Assembly: GCA_002269645.1 (NCBI GenBank)
Contig: NIVC01001011.1
Span: 124,001 to 188,000, forward strand
Source of the DNA: Macrostomum lignano
Lineage: Eukaryota
Length of the DNA stretch: 64,000 nt
Direction: 5' to 3'
In this document: in pieces, positions 49,746-63,500 of the stretch
Layout: every line of letters starts with the position of its first letter
Position numbering within the stretch: position 1 is the first letter of the stretch
The notes under the pieces: model-generated
The model's database searches: none
Told to the model about the DNA's origin: nothing
The model's input: the letters and a program-made list of their open reading frames with translations, nothing else
Position numbers and translations under genes: made by a program

Positions 49746-50509
49746 TCAACAGGCTGCTGAAGCTACGATCTCCTTTGCTGATGGAGTGCCCGCGCTCTTT
49801 TAATTTTTCTGTCTTCTCTTTTTTATCCCTCACTGCTTTCTTTGGGTTTTGGAGGCCGCTTCGCTTTGGCGCTTCGCTTTGTTTTCGCTCTCGCTTTGGC
49901 CAATTCGCCGTCTTCTGCTTTCGTGGGGGCTGATCACTAAATCTGACACTGCCCGGTTTTATCAGGGCCAGGCTCACTCAGCTCGGGCCAAACCCGGTTC
50001 ACCCCGACGCTTGCCCGGTAGCTCAGAGGTTGATTTCTTCCCCACTGAAGTTTGGGAGAACCGCGCTTTAGGCGAGAGCGACGGGTCCCCCCGAACGACA
50101 TCACTTCTATGGGAGGATATTGTTGCTCGCCAGGGGCTAGCGGAATGGGCGGTCTGCGCTTTCACGCTGCATTCACGGGTCAATCCCCTCCTGCAAAGTC
50201 AGCTAAGTCAAGTAACTCAAGTCATTTTGTCGCGACGTAAGTTATGGCTAGTAGGGAATCATTTATTTAATTAAACGTCCTCTTACTCTGCTAAAGCAGA
50301 CCGATAATTCATTAGTTTAATTGATTCGATTTGGAAGCAAAAGCCACCACCAAGAAAGTACATGTACAGGGCAGGGACCCAGACACGAAGCAGAGGGTAG
50401 AAGGCAGATATGCGAGCTGTCCTCTGACATTAAAATGGGGCCACTGCAACTGGTTGCGTATGGAATAGCTAGGTAAATTAAGAAAAGGAAATGATTCCTA
50501 ACTACTAAA

Positions 50510-50640
50510 AACTAGGAATCTAGAAACTACAAAAAAGTGGGAATCTACGAGCGTAAAAACTACAAAAAACTTGGAATCTAGAAACTACAAAAAACTGGAA
50601 ATCTAGAAACTACAAAAAAACTGGGAATCGGGAAACGCCA
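50510..50640. repeat. Short degenerate ~25-bp tandem repeat AATCTAGAAACTACAAAAAA(C/G)TGG, 4-5 copies
   Basis: Direct reading. Confidence 0.7.
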
Positions 50641-51599
50641 AAACCAGAAAAAAGGCTTACTATAGGGTGATAAAAACACCCTCAAAAAGAAGATTCATAA
50701 TTTGTTCCGCGAGAAAATTGGATACAAAATGAGTAAAAACCTTCAAATAAAACACTACGAGCTAATCCATGTGTAGATATTTTTGGCTTATGAATAATTC
50801 ATGTATGACACGTGATGATAACTTTTAGTAAAAGTCTTTCTGAAAACTTTTATAATCAATTCGAATTTGTAAATAAAAAGAATCTGGAGTAAAATGTAAT
50901 TCATTTTTTGAGTGCGCATGCATCATGTATGAAAATATAACTAAGAACTTTGTGGTAAATTAGTAAGGATTAACGAAGAAGCTATACTGAATGGCAGATA
51001 ACGGTAAATATGTAAGAGAAGTACGAACTAGCTATAGAAGGTTTAATGATCTTTTGCGACGAATAATAGCGATCTTAGCTATCTTTTCAGTAAATATTCT
51101 ATTAAAGAGTGAACACTACAAGCGTACGAGCTATTAGCCTCGACAGATCTTACGAGCTTTATGTGCAATTTGTGTGTACAAAAGGCTATTTACTTTCCAG
51201 TCCTTTTGTTTTTTTAGGTTGCAAAATGGTTTGCGACGTCACCTTTGCTGTTTGGTCCCAACAAAAGTTTTTCGTAATAGCTAAATTTCTAAGTAGCTAA
51301 TCGGTAAAGTTTTATCTGGATATTAAATTCAATGAAAACTAGCTAATTCACGTTTTCAAAATAATCAAAGCGGAGCATTTTTAACTCCTAAAACCGACTT
51401 ATGTATAAATATTTTAACGTCAACTTCTGAGTTCTGAAGATATCAACAGACATCATCAAAATGGAGTAACGTTAAAAAGACCGATTAAAACTATAGCTCG
51501 CGTTAGTAAACAAACTCAAAATCGCTGTTTAGCACACATGTAGCTCGCAAAAATATAATGGCTATAGTTGTTGGGAAGAATTAATCCACTCAAAAACCT

Positions 51600-54500
51600 T
51601 CACTCGTTAGCCCAGGCAAAAACCACTGACCAAAGACTGCAGGCGTGCTTGCCTTCCAGTGAGCTGGGCAGATCCTGGAATGCAACCTCGTACACAGCGT
51701 CAAAATCTGCCATCTGGTTGAGGGGGTGCTCCTGCAGGCTGGTTGGCAGACTGCGCAGCTCCAGCCGAATAAGACGATGCAGCATCTCTAATAGAAGGCT
51801 GCGCTTGTTCTTCAGCCCAGGTGGCAGCTCTTGCAGTTGTTCTTGACTCAGTGGTTCAGCCTGTTCGGTATCGTATGGTTCAAAGCCGTCCTGCGCCAAC
51901 TGTTTCCAACGTAAATGGTCAAGTGACATCCACAGCAGACGCGTGTGGGCAATGGTCACTTGGCGCTTTAGGGCATCTGTCGGTAGGCCGCTATCCATGT
52001 GCAGCGTATTTTGCATAAAGTCGTCAAGCAGTTGACTCGGATTCGAAGGCGTCAGAGAAATTAAAAAGTTGATAACAACCTTCAGCGAATCGTCCAGCAG
52101 AGCAGTTAGAATTGGCGTCGGCAGATTGCACTGCAGAGCATTCTCTAATACATTGTCCTTTTGTTCAGTCTGTTGAAAAGGAAGTGTAGCAATGACAAAG
52201 TGAGAGGGGAAGCTTAGTGCTCTGATGTATTTAGATAGGCTATTGAATTTCGAAGCAAAACATCATCTGATTTACTAAAATTGAATTAAATCTAATCATC
52301 CATGCTTAAGTTAAGCTCGTAGTATTTTTGGCTTATGACTATACAGTATGACTAAAATCAATAAGTGAAGCAAATAATATCTGACCTGTTTTACACCAAA
52401 ACGGTCTAGCTGCTTAAAGATCTCCATTAGATTGAAATCCTCGTTGTACACCATCTCAGGCAGGTAGCCACAAATTCTGGGCCGGCCGCGAACGAGTCGC
52501 TCTCTGAGCTGCTGCTGCAGGCCTAAGAAGTTGTACGTAACTTCAGTACTTGCTCCTTGCTTTAGTGAGTATGAAGAATTGGCAAGTAGCATTGGCTGCA
52601 GATCTCTGTCTGGATCGCAAACAAAAACACTTGCTTCGTCGATCAAACCAATATCAACTGTATCCGGTTCGGAATTTTCACACGCATCAATGACAGCGTT
52701 GTGCGCGTCAACAAGCAGTTGAATCAAACCAACTATGCATCGGCCCCACGGTTTGCGGTGCGGCAGCAGAGCAGCTGATGGTGTTTGTGAATCGAATCGA
52801 ATGCTCCATTTTTCCACTGGAAAAGCAATCCACGACCAGCCATCCTGCTTCTGTTGCAAAAACCTGGCAGCTCTGTCTGCCAAGAGTTCACGCAAGTCGT
52901 TCCATACTTCAATGAATATTCCTACTGCCTCTGAGCGACGAGTCTTGTATTTTCCAACACCCCTAAGCTTCATCTTTTTAGCTTCCTTTAGTTCACGGTT
53001 GTGTTTCCACTCGGAAACAAGTTCTTTTGCTAGCTTAACCAGAACTGGAAGATGTCGCACATGTTTAAGTATGTGCTGTCGTGCAATAACCTCCTTAGCT
53101 AGTTGGTAACGACCTTGTTCTTCTCCTCCGAGCTCAGTGAATGAGTGAGCAGCGCTTCTTACGCTAATTTGCTGTCGATATCGCCATAACAGTCCGATTT
53201 CTTGCCTTGGCTCCATTTCAGAAGTCTCGTGCACCAAGCGCATAATATGTGAGGCAGTTCTGGCGCCACCGTCCTGGCTCATCACGCAATTCGACTCGCG
53301 AAGTTCAGATGAAAGAGATTCAACAATAGGTTGCAATAGGTTCCTGTAAATTTCATTTTCGAATTCCCTCCTTTCCTTATCTTTTGTCAAATCGAAATTT
53401 CTATTGACAGTTTGAGAAGCACCAGCTCTAGCCAGGCGCTTCAAAACGAGATGGAGCGCATGGAATGCGTCTTCAGAGCTTCGACCTGTCGCATCACAAA
53501 AGAGGTGCAAACCAACTTCAAACTCCTCTCTTCCGACATCCTCAAAGTGTTTTCCGCTGCCTGTTTCCGAGTTCGAATCATTTCCGAGCTGTAGAGCAAG
53601 ACCCATCATCATTCGCATCAAAGCGACTCCGCAACTCGGAAGTTTGCGCACCGGCTCCGGAATTCCGGTGGAAACGAAGCCCTTGCTTGTTCTATCCCCG
53701 GCCGTGTATCGCTCATTGCCATCTTCAGGTCTGTGATGAGTGCCGCCGATTTTGCTTCCACAATCAGGACACGCACTAGTTTCCATAGGGAGTTTGCACT
53801 GCAGCATTAATAATAAAATATTGGGTGGTTAAAAATGATTATTTCACTTTAATCGGTTAGTAAACAAAACTTATACTTTCAGTACCTCTCCGACGAAATA
53901 CAGGTGTCCCTTCGGGCATTCTGGAAGGTAACATTTTTATAGCTTAGTTTAAACTTCAGTTTGTATTATTTAGCTACGGTGGAATTTCACTGTACTATCT
54001 TACGGAAAGCTGCAGTCTTTGACATGCCAATGTCAACATTTGTCATCACTTCAAATAGAGTATCATGTGGCATCGCTGGTAGATACCATTTCTCGTAGTT
54101 TTGCCTCAGGGAAGACAAAAACTTTGCGTAAATTGAATTTCGACTCGAACTGTGTATCTCGTAGGCCAGGTGAATAAGTAACACAGATTTGTGTGCCTCA
54201 TTTTCTTTCGTTTTTCCCAGTCTCTCCAGCTGCGCGTAGCACTCCTGAAATAAGTTTTCAAACTGCTTTGCGTATAAATGGACGAGCAAACTATTTTGAA
54301 TAATATTAAACTAAAACAGAAAGGAAACATACACGTTCGAACTAAAACTATAGAATTTCCCCATCATTAATTTACTCTTTGCCTGAAACCTCAGCGCCCG
54401 GACACCAAAATAACCTATTCGAAATGTAAATATTTCATGGTTAATAGTGCCAGAAACCCATGCTAGATCAAGCGGCAGACTTCTTAAGGCTGGGGAACAA

Positions 54501-57500
54501 GCCAAGGCACTTGCTTATACATGTAGTTTAAGCCAGGTGCTTAGACAAACATGCAAAACAAAAATTCCTTAAATGTCCCGACAAACAGTCTCGCATATAT
54601 AGAGACCCGGAAAGTTATTTGCCCTGACCCACGGCTTTGCTAACTAATTATTTAATCAGTCATTTAACTGATAAACTCGACCCCTTTGATTTCGTTGTGG
54701 GTCAGGCTCAGGTTAAGTATATAGCACGAAACTCTCCGGCGAAAAAGCTATCGGCAGCCGAACTGACAAGATTTCCATATTAGGTTAATATTGTGAGTAT
54801 CTTGGTGCAACGCCTTAGGCGACATCGTCCCTCAAGAAGCGGTGCGGCAATTCTGCCCATTCTGCCAATTCCGATAATTCCGGTAACTCTTGAGCACATA
54901 CGAGTGCGCGGATACGGCATATGTATGTAGCATGCAGTTCACAATTAATAGGTGTCTGCATTCCACCAACTTACCCTTGTGCCCTTTGACATAAGCTTCA
55001 GCATGTGTTTTTCGCATTCACTCAACTTCTTTTTGTTTACTTCCCCCTGAAGCCGGAAGTTAAATGTAGCGACAACGAGAGCAATGACAGCATTTGAATC
55101 TCTAACGGCAGACGGCGTCTGAAATGGTTTGTTAAAAATATACTATTAGTTTTTATATCATTATTATGTTTTAAGCGTGACGAACTTGCAAACGAAATAA
55201 AATCTCTAGTGCCTATTAATGTGACGTAAAAGCTTAGCACATCAATGAGTAAACTATACCTCGGACTTGAATTCTCCAGTTAGGTATAAATTCCAAAGAT
55301 ACTGTTTCAACTCCCTGTAGGCCTCCGAGTGACTATGCAGTAAGTCGGGCGCCCACGTTCCATTGTCCATTTGGTGCAGCTCATTGTTGTAGGCCTCTGC
55401 GAGACACGGGTCGGTCTGAATGCGCTGCAGGGTGGCGCAGGTTCCACCTGCCATGCATAAGCAGCGCAAAAAGTAAATCCTAGACCACCTGTGCTCGCTT
55501 AGCGTACGAATTAGGATAGTCGCATCGTCGGTACTCAAAAGATTTCGGACCGTTCCTTCGGTTGCTAGCTCAGCTAAACGACAGGCCAACCTGAGCAGAT
55601 CCACTCGCCACTCAGCCATCGCCTGAAGCTGAGGAATTAAAACCGTCTCGACAGACTCACTATTGGGTAGCTCAACCCTAGGCATTGACAAGTTAACAAC
55701 TTTATTTTTGGCTTGTTCCATGGCAACGGAATCCTCGAGGCAATTTAGTAAAATGAGTCGAAGTTCAGATCTGAAGATGAAATTGAAATGGCAAAACATT
55801 GATAGACTTAAAATTACTACAATATAGTAGTACTGGCACTCGAAAATACAAGTATGCAGCTTACTTGCTTTCCGCACCGACTTTCTCATCGGCGCCAAGG
55901 ATGTGCTCCTCTAATCGTTGAACCACCTGGTCTGAGTTGTAGCGCATTAACTGCTGCAGCACGAACGACCTAAACATTGGCGACTCATCCTTGTCGTTAC
56001 TGAAGTAACCCATGACATTCCCGTCACCACCAGAGCGGGTTACGTAGCTTAGAAGATGATTGCACAGTTCTGAATCAGGTGGCTGACCTTCAACAAAACA
56101 CAACGTTGAAACAACTTCCATCACAAATGAGTTGCATCGATCTTTAAACTTCACTAGTACATCCGGCTTTTCATTGTTAATTGTATTAGGATCAAACGGA
56201 GTTTGACATTTTATGCAGACAAACGGCGCGCTCTGGATGCACTTGTCCCTGCATTGGTCACACAGTCGATCATTGCATGGCAGGCGGGTTAGGCTGTCAG
56301 TGCGGTTTGTGCACTGTGAGCAGGTGTCTGTTCTGGAATGCAGTAAGTTTGGTTTCGAGTAAAATTTTAGCAAAAAATGGCGCAAGTTTGGGTCGTCAAA
56401 ATTCTTTAAACTTTATATACGAAGTAACTTTATTACGAGTACTACTAAGTGAAAAATAGAACTAAACTCTGAATAGTACAACAGGTCCTTAGACCATAAC
56501 ACTCGCACGGCCTACTATGGTAAAAAATTAAGCCTTACCCCATGGAAAATTCAAGCAATTCCTCTCGATTTTTCTCAAGAAACTTTTCAATTTCTTCGAT
56601 TCCAGTTTTATCTTGAAATTTCACGGCTGCAGAGGACCACAAGCTCTAAAAAGTAATCAATTTTAAGAGTTTATATTATGATACTAGAATGACATACAGT
56701 TATCAATGCGAATATTAAAAGCAACAATTTTTTAGTTTTAACCTACGTTCCATAGGCGAATGGGTTTTATCGTTGACTCATTCAGCTCTTCATTGTCGAA
56801 GGGCATCGTTACATTTCGAAGAAAGAGGGCCACGCAGTTTATCTTGTCCCATTGCAACTGCATTTGCGGATTTTCCAGCTCAGCTAGGAGTCGCACGATA
56901 ATTGTCCTGGACTTGTCCACCCTGGACAGCCACTCTTTTCTTTTTTGTGCTTTGTTCAATTCGTGACGAGATTTCTCGAAGTGTTTGGCGAATGCATTGA
57001 AAAGTTCCTAAAGCGGAAGTGAATAAAAAGATTTTGACTGCTGTTGTATTTAACTTCAATTGGTTTCTTCCGGTTTTAGTGATAGCCTAGATATTAATTA
57101 GTTCTAATAAGTTTTCTGGCATGTCTTGTCTTACAACAAATTAGTTCTTACCGATGGTAAGTCTTGAAAGTTCTCAACTTTTTTTAGGTTCTTGGCCAGG
57201 TCGCCAATCCGCTGCGTTAATTTCACGAATATGTTTACATGCTCAATGTGCTTTTTCAGCGATTTAAATGCCTGAAGAATCGTGTCTGCAAGAGTTTGCT
57301 CCTTACGCTGCTCTTTTAACACACTTTTCACTGTCTCCTGCAAAACTGCTTGCAACGCGACCACATCGGAACTTGTGATTGAAGACACACAAATGTGCAG
57401 GATGTCGTGACAGAAAGCTTCAAGTAAGAAATCCGAACTCTTTTCTTCGGCCAGTGCCTGTCCCATAGGTGAATCACGGATCGACAGATTTCCAGCATTG

Positions 57501-60500
57501 CTTTGTTCTTCAAACTTTTCCAGCCGCTTAACTATCGCCCAAGAAAACGGAAACTGGGAAGCGAAGTGATGCCCATCCGCTGCTGAGCTCGGCACCTCCA
57601 CGCGCGCCTGTTCAACTGGTCCGACTTTCACGAAGTTTTCGATTGTCTCGTCAAACATGGCAGCGTGTGGAGCCAGCTTCAGCCATAGGGCTCGGGTCTC
57701 TTCACGCTGGTAGTTGGTCAGATTCTCGTCCGTATCGGCAAAGGCTATAAAGCTGGCCAGAGCTGGTGCCGTCTTTCGTCTGAGCAGACGCCAGGTGCTC
57801 TCACTGAAGGATTGGAAGGGCTGCTTGTAATTATTTCGAGTCGTTTAAAATTTAAGGATAGCTACTTTTCTAGCTCAAAACTTTAGACCTTTCATTTTAA
57901 ACCTGTGATACAGATTTGAAAAGGTTAGGTATATGTTGGATCCCTAAGGCCGGTTTACACTATCAACGGGCCAAAGAGTGCTCAAACCAATTTTAAAATG
58001 GGTTTGAGACACTTTTACTTAGATTTGAGAAATCTTTGGCCGATGCAAAATGGGCAGACGTGCAGGCTACGAAGTTGCACTGCGTAAAGTCGACCTAAAC
58101 GAATTAACACTAAAACGATAAAAGGAGCATACAAAAAGCCTTGAACAGGAGCCCCCTAACAGCCCCTTAACAGCAGTCACGATAGCAAGTTGGACTCCGG
58201 TGGTTGGTAATGGCAATCCAATGATAAATAAAAAGAAGAGAAGGTAGAGCGAAATACACGGACGAGTTTCGCGAGGTTGATCACCAATAGTGGTAATTTC
58301 TGCGCTTTTGTTCAATTCACAAGTCTTGAGCACGAGCCATATATTATAATCAGTAGACCGATACAGTAAGCTATAGTAAGATTCTCCAGCAAATACGAGC
58401 GTAGAATTAAGTCTAAATGCTGATGGGTAAAAATGTAAAAATGTGGTTCAATTGGGCGTTAATCTAGATACAGGCTCGATGAAAACTTACATAAAAGTTC
58501 CAGCTTCTTTGACTTTTCTACTCGATGCAGCATCCTCGGACAGCCAATTTTCCGGCGAAATTATTGACCTAGAGTTTTCGTCCATCGTTCTTAAAGCCTT
58601 GTGCAAAAATACTCGAACAGTTTGTAGGAAATCTTCATCTAAAAGTTAGTTTAATTGGATATGCGTGTTTTTCTTACCAAACAATTTGAGTTTATTTACT
58701 ACTTCCCCATAACAAATAACGAAAATCCATGCTCTTACCTTTAAGTGCATTAGAGACGGTCTCGTTTCTATCAGTAAGCTTGTTCCCCTTGCCTTGCTTT
58801 TCTCTTAAAATGCTTAAAGCTGGAAGAAGGGTCTTCTGAAGCAGTAGTCGCAAGTTTACCGGCGCTTTTATTCCGAGCATGAGCTCTTGACTGCCCACTG
58901 CAGGTAGTTCAGGAATTGGCCTTTCAAAGAGCTCAGGAACAGTAAGCCTATCTAGCATCGGAATGTTAATTCTGTGTGAAGAAACGAGTTCCTCGATGTG
59001 CACGCAGTGCCACAGGCCACAATCGAGTCCATTAAAAGGGTTAGAATGCGATCGAATCAACTTTATAATAAAAACAATTTGCAACGACGTTGAATCACTG
59101 CTGGTTTTGCCTGACGTGGGTTCCATGTTTCTCTTTTCGGCTAAATACATTTCTTCGATGTTAAACTTGACACTAGACACGACCTTCTGAAAATTCTGGT
59201 TTTGCTGCAAACCTTCGTACTGCAGTATGAGTAGACCTTCGCTGGTCATGCATTTGCGTAGAAATTCTTTGAACTGCAGTTCCGTCTCAAACTGACTGAT
59301 GTTTTTATACGTGGCACCCTTGAAGATAGGCATCTGACTGAGTGTGGCCTGTTGATTCGCGCCAAGTATGCTATCGTAAGTCGTAACTTGAAGGAACGGC
59401 TTCTTTAGCTTGTAGTTATTGAGGAAGGATGCAAGGCACCCGAGGCCATTTTCTTCATAGTAAGAATTCAGAATACCAGCCTTTTCGTCTCTCAGAGAAG
59501 TTGACGCAAGCCGTATCAGGCTATCAGGCGTGGCGGTAGACAAAACCCTGCGCTTTACGCTGTCAAAGTCACAGTTTTCGTCGATAGCCAGAGAGGGGAT
59601 GACATCGTCATGGTAGCCCACAAATGACCATGACAAAGCGCTGTCTCCTTTCTCCTCCTGAGAAAGAAATCTGTTCATCCACTCTTTAAACTTTTCACAG
59701 AATCCCAGCATATCAGGCTCCAGTATTGTTCTCCACGTGAGCCGGTGCTTTTCAAGTCGATTCAGTAGCGGTATTGGAAACAGATCTTGCACTGTTTTGC
59801 CATCGGCTATGACAATTATTCTAAAGTCTGGATGAATTTTTGACTTTAGTCGGTGCGTACCTAGTCCAATGTCAACAAAATAATCTTGACCCAGCTTTTC
59901 ATAACACAGGTTCAAAACATCGTAAAGGGATTCATACAAATTTTCTAGGTTCATTAAAACAACTGTGCCTCCCCTTTCCATGCACTGCTTTATGCGGTTG
60001 ATGTTCAAACAAATGACAGAATAATCTTGATCTTTAGGAAAGCTACTACCGAACAAAATATGCAAATCCTGCTCTGCGAGGAGACGTTTTAAAACCTTGA
60101 AGCCAGATGCGTTCTCTGTAATAAACAAAATATATCGTTGGTCCGGCCCAGTGGCTTTCAGGGCGTCTTTTATGACCAAATTTGAGTCGATACGAATTCT
60201 GTCTCTACGAAGGATCTCATCGAAGAAAAACTGAGTCGGATCAAAGTCTTCCAATCCACTAAAGTTTCTTTGTAAGCAATAAGCCACATCAAAGTCTTTG
60301 AGTTCAAGCCGTGTGTCTCTGGATTTCTGAGCTAAATGTTTTACTGCACTAAAGTAGTCCCGCAATCCAAAAAACTCGCAGTTTAATCTACCTTCGTTGA
60401 AAAGCAGATGGAAAAAGTCGGTCAAATTACGCAAGTTTTTACTTGCTTGTACAATCGTATCTTTGCAAATGCCTTTTGCCGTTTTCAAGAGGTCCGTCTT

Positions 60501-63500
60501 CGTTGGCACATCACGCAGCACGAACAGGCCTCGGTTCATCTTTGCGGGGTCTAAAGCCCAGTTGGAGATGCCAATGAAACCAACTCTCTCATGTCCAAGA
60601 CCAGGAAGGCTTGGTCCGCCATCCGAGTCCATCCGAACTCCGTCTTCGAGAAGTGAATGCAAAACCTTTAGAGACATTTGCGGTGTGTCCTCGGCAAGAC
60701 CGATTTCGTCAAGTACTACAACAGAAACGTAGTTTTCTGGATCGGATTTCTCTATTTGCATTTTTGCACTCTGCTGAAACAGCTTTTCAATTCCATCTGA
60801 TGTGGACCACGGCGAGCACTGAAATGAGAGCATGTGCGTGTCTGGGAGCTTTTTGAATGCACTTCCTCTGGAGTTCTCACCTTTCATGTTATTCTTGACT
60901 ATAGTTTTTCCTAACGACTTCGAGCTTCCCGGCTTTCCAACAACAAATAAAGGAATCCGCAGGCAGATGCACATGGTCATCATGTACACATTTTCTCTCA
61001 GCGCCTCATTGTTGGCTACGTAGTCCGGAAGCAGATCCTTTCCATTACAAAGAAGTCGCGATTGAAATTCTGCTATAACTTCTTCGATAACATTTGGTCG
61101 GAGATGATTTTCTAGCTGTTCACTTATTGTCAGCAAGTACCTTTCTTTTTTACTGCTGGGTAGCCGACTTAAGTAGCACGAAGCTAGGGTCATGATCAAA
61201 TATCGATCTGTTTTAGAGAGTGACACAGTTAGTTGGTCAGAGCACTCCTCTTCAAACAAATCTTTGGAAAGCCAGTCATATATTAAGATCACCCTCTCAA
61301 CGTCTCGTAAGGAAACGAACTTTGTCTCATCAGTGGCATTGCGCATGAATTTTTGTGACTCGCACACTGCATTTGTTAGGCGGTTTCTGTGCACTTCACT
61401 GAGTCCGTTTAGGCCAGTATCGATCATTCTGACTACGTACTTACGCTCAGCATCTTCGGACAAATTTCCAAAATCCCAAAGGACGCTGATAAGTGAAAGC
61501 GGAAGCGGTTTGACCCGGTACACGAGGCATCGCATCGGAATGTTTCCGAATTTGTCAACGGTTTCTTCTTTCCTCACTCGATAACCCAGGCCACTGCTCT
61601 CCAACCTCTTGATTGTTTCCTCTGAGTGCTTACGATACGGATTGCAAGCTGCGACGCACCTTAAGCCGTGCTCAAAATCAATCCTTCTGCCTTTGATGCG
61701 CCCGTCCATCATGATTTCTTTGATTAGTCCGACATAGCTCGTTGTGTTGATCTCATCGAAGAAAAGCACTGTGTAAGGTGATTTGTTTCCAAGCACGGAA
61801 AAATTTTTCTCAGCTAGAACTTCCGCTTCAGAGACTGCCTGCTCGATATCACCAGCGGTAATCCCACCATGAACTTTTAAAATCCGAATATTATCGATGT
61901 CATTTCGAAGTGGTCGCATTATTTTCGCTAGAAAATCAACCAGCTTAGTTTTCCCACAGCCAGTTTCTCCCATAATCACAACAGGAATTTTGCATCGGAA
62001 TCTCATGTAAATGGCCAGAATTTTCTTTACATTGTCCATGGTTAGCTCGTACGAAGAATCAAATTCCGGAAGCGTTTCCAGATTTTCGTTTGAGTCATTA
62101 AACCCAAAGACATTCCTAATTCGAATGATCTTCTCGCATTGTTCAAGCTCTTCAAAATCGTCGTCTAGAGGCACTCCCTGATTGAGAAGGCTTTGCCTAA
62201 GCTGTTTCGACATGATACCTTTTTTGAGTATTTTGCCTGTGTTTAAATCTACCAGATTACCATTGGCGTCAATTTTGAAGCCGATGAAGGTAAAACTGTC
62301 GCTGTCCTGATTAAATAGTAGCAGCGGGTGGCTCTCCTGCTCCCAATGCCGTTTGAGTTGAAAAGATTCAATCTCGCAAATAGGCTGTGAACGGCCGTCG
62401 TCGTGCCGTCTCTCGCTCTCATCGTCAATGTCAAGAGAGCGCGTTGAAAAGTCTTTTGACATTAAAAGTAAGCAGTCAACGACAAACTTGCGAAAACCGG
62501 GAAAGTACTGCTCTGCAGCAGTGCTGCAAAAATATGACGACTGAAAAGCTTTCATTTGAGCCTGCAAAAATTGTGCAAAATTATTCAAATCCGACCAGGA
62601 TGGGTTATTGATTCCGCAGTTTAAGAGGAGCTGGTCAAGGATTTGTGCTACTGGGAGCTGACCACTATCTGCTTCACCACGGTTAATTCGATTTCCATCA
62701 GAGAGAAAATCAGATAATGCACCAAACGTTTTCAGACGTTCTTTAAAAACTGGCTTCCAGATAGTTTCGGGTTCGGCCCGTTGGATTACTTCCAAAGTTT
62801 CTCTTGGTGTTAGGCACTCAACTTTGGGCAAAAACGGCAGTACATGAAAGCTGGTGTTAAACAGCGTGTTCTCAGAATGCTCTAGCAGGTACAGCTCATT
62901 CGTTTTTCGCCGCCAGACTACTCCACGTGAATCTACAACAGCGCCAAAAAGGGCAAGCTGGGTTATGCAATAGTCGAATCCTGTTTGTACTTCCCGCGCA
63001 ATATCCAAATAAAATACTGTCTTTCCATTTTTACTTTCGAGTTGAAAAACTGACAGCAATTCGTCCACGCACAGATGATCCGTGTTGCAAGCAAATACTG
63101 CTGGAACGCTTTCCTCCTTGCTCCAAGCGAAATGCTCGCACACCAGTGACTTTCCCATGCCAGAGCGGCTCGATGTAATCCAAAGAAAGTCGCTATTCTT
63201 TGGTTCTGCCTTCTGCAGAGTTTTTTGAGACAACTTTTTAATCTTTTCCGCATCTGGCTCCACTGGAAAGTCTTGTTCGTACGGTCTAAGATAATTGCAA
63301 AATGGAAATTGGCTCTGATTTGCAGATGAAACAAATACGAAGAAGCGCGAGTTCACAGTTCCATCAACTGAATCAATAAGCTTACTAAACATTTCTTCAG
63401 CGACAACCGAAATTTTGTACGTCAGTTGTTCCGCGTTTAGGATTGTGTAAACTGAGTCCCCACTGGGGTCAAGCAGAGCCCTATGGAGGAACACGGCTAG

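Noticed and set aside
54840-54900. Rossmann-like VTGIIGIGRMGRIAA reading on the - strand in an RNF213 intron
   Set aside because: Isolated low-complexity GGAATT repeat with no flanking dehydrogenase sequence; likely chance.
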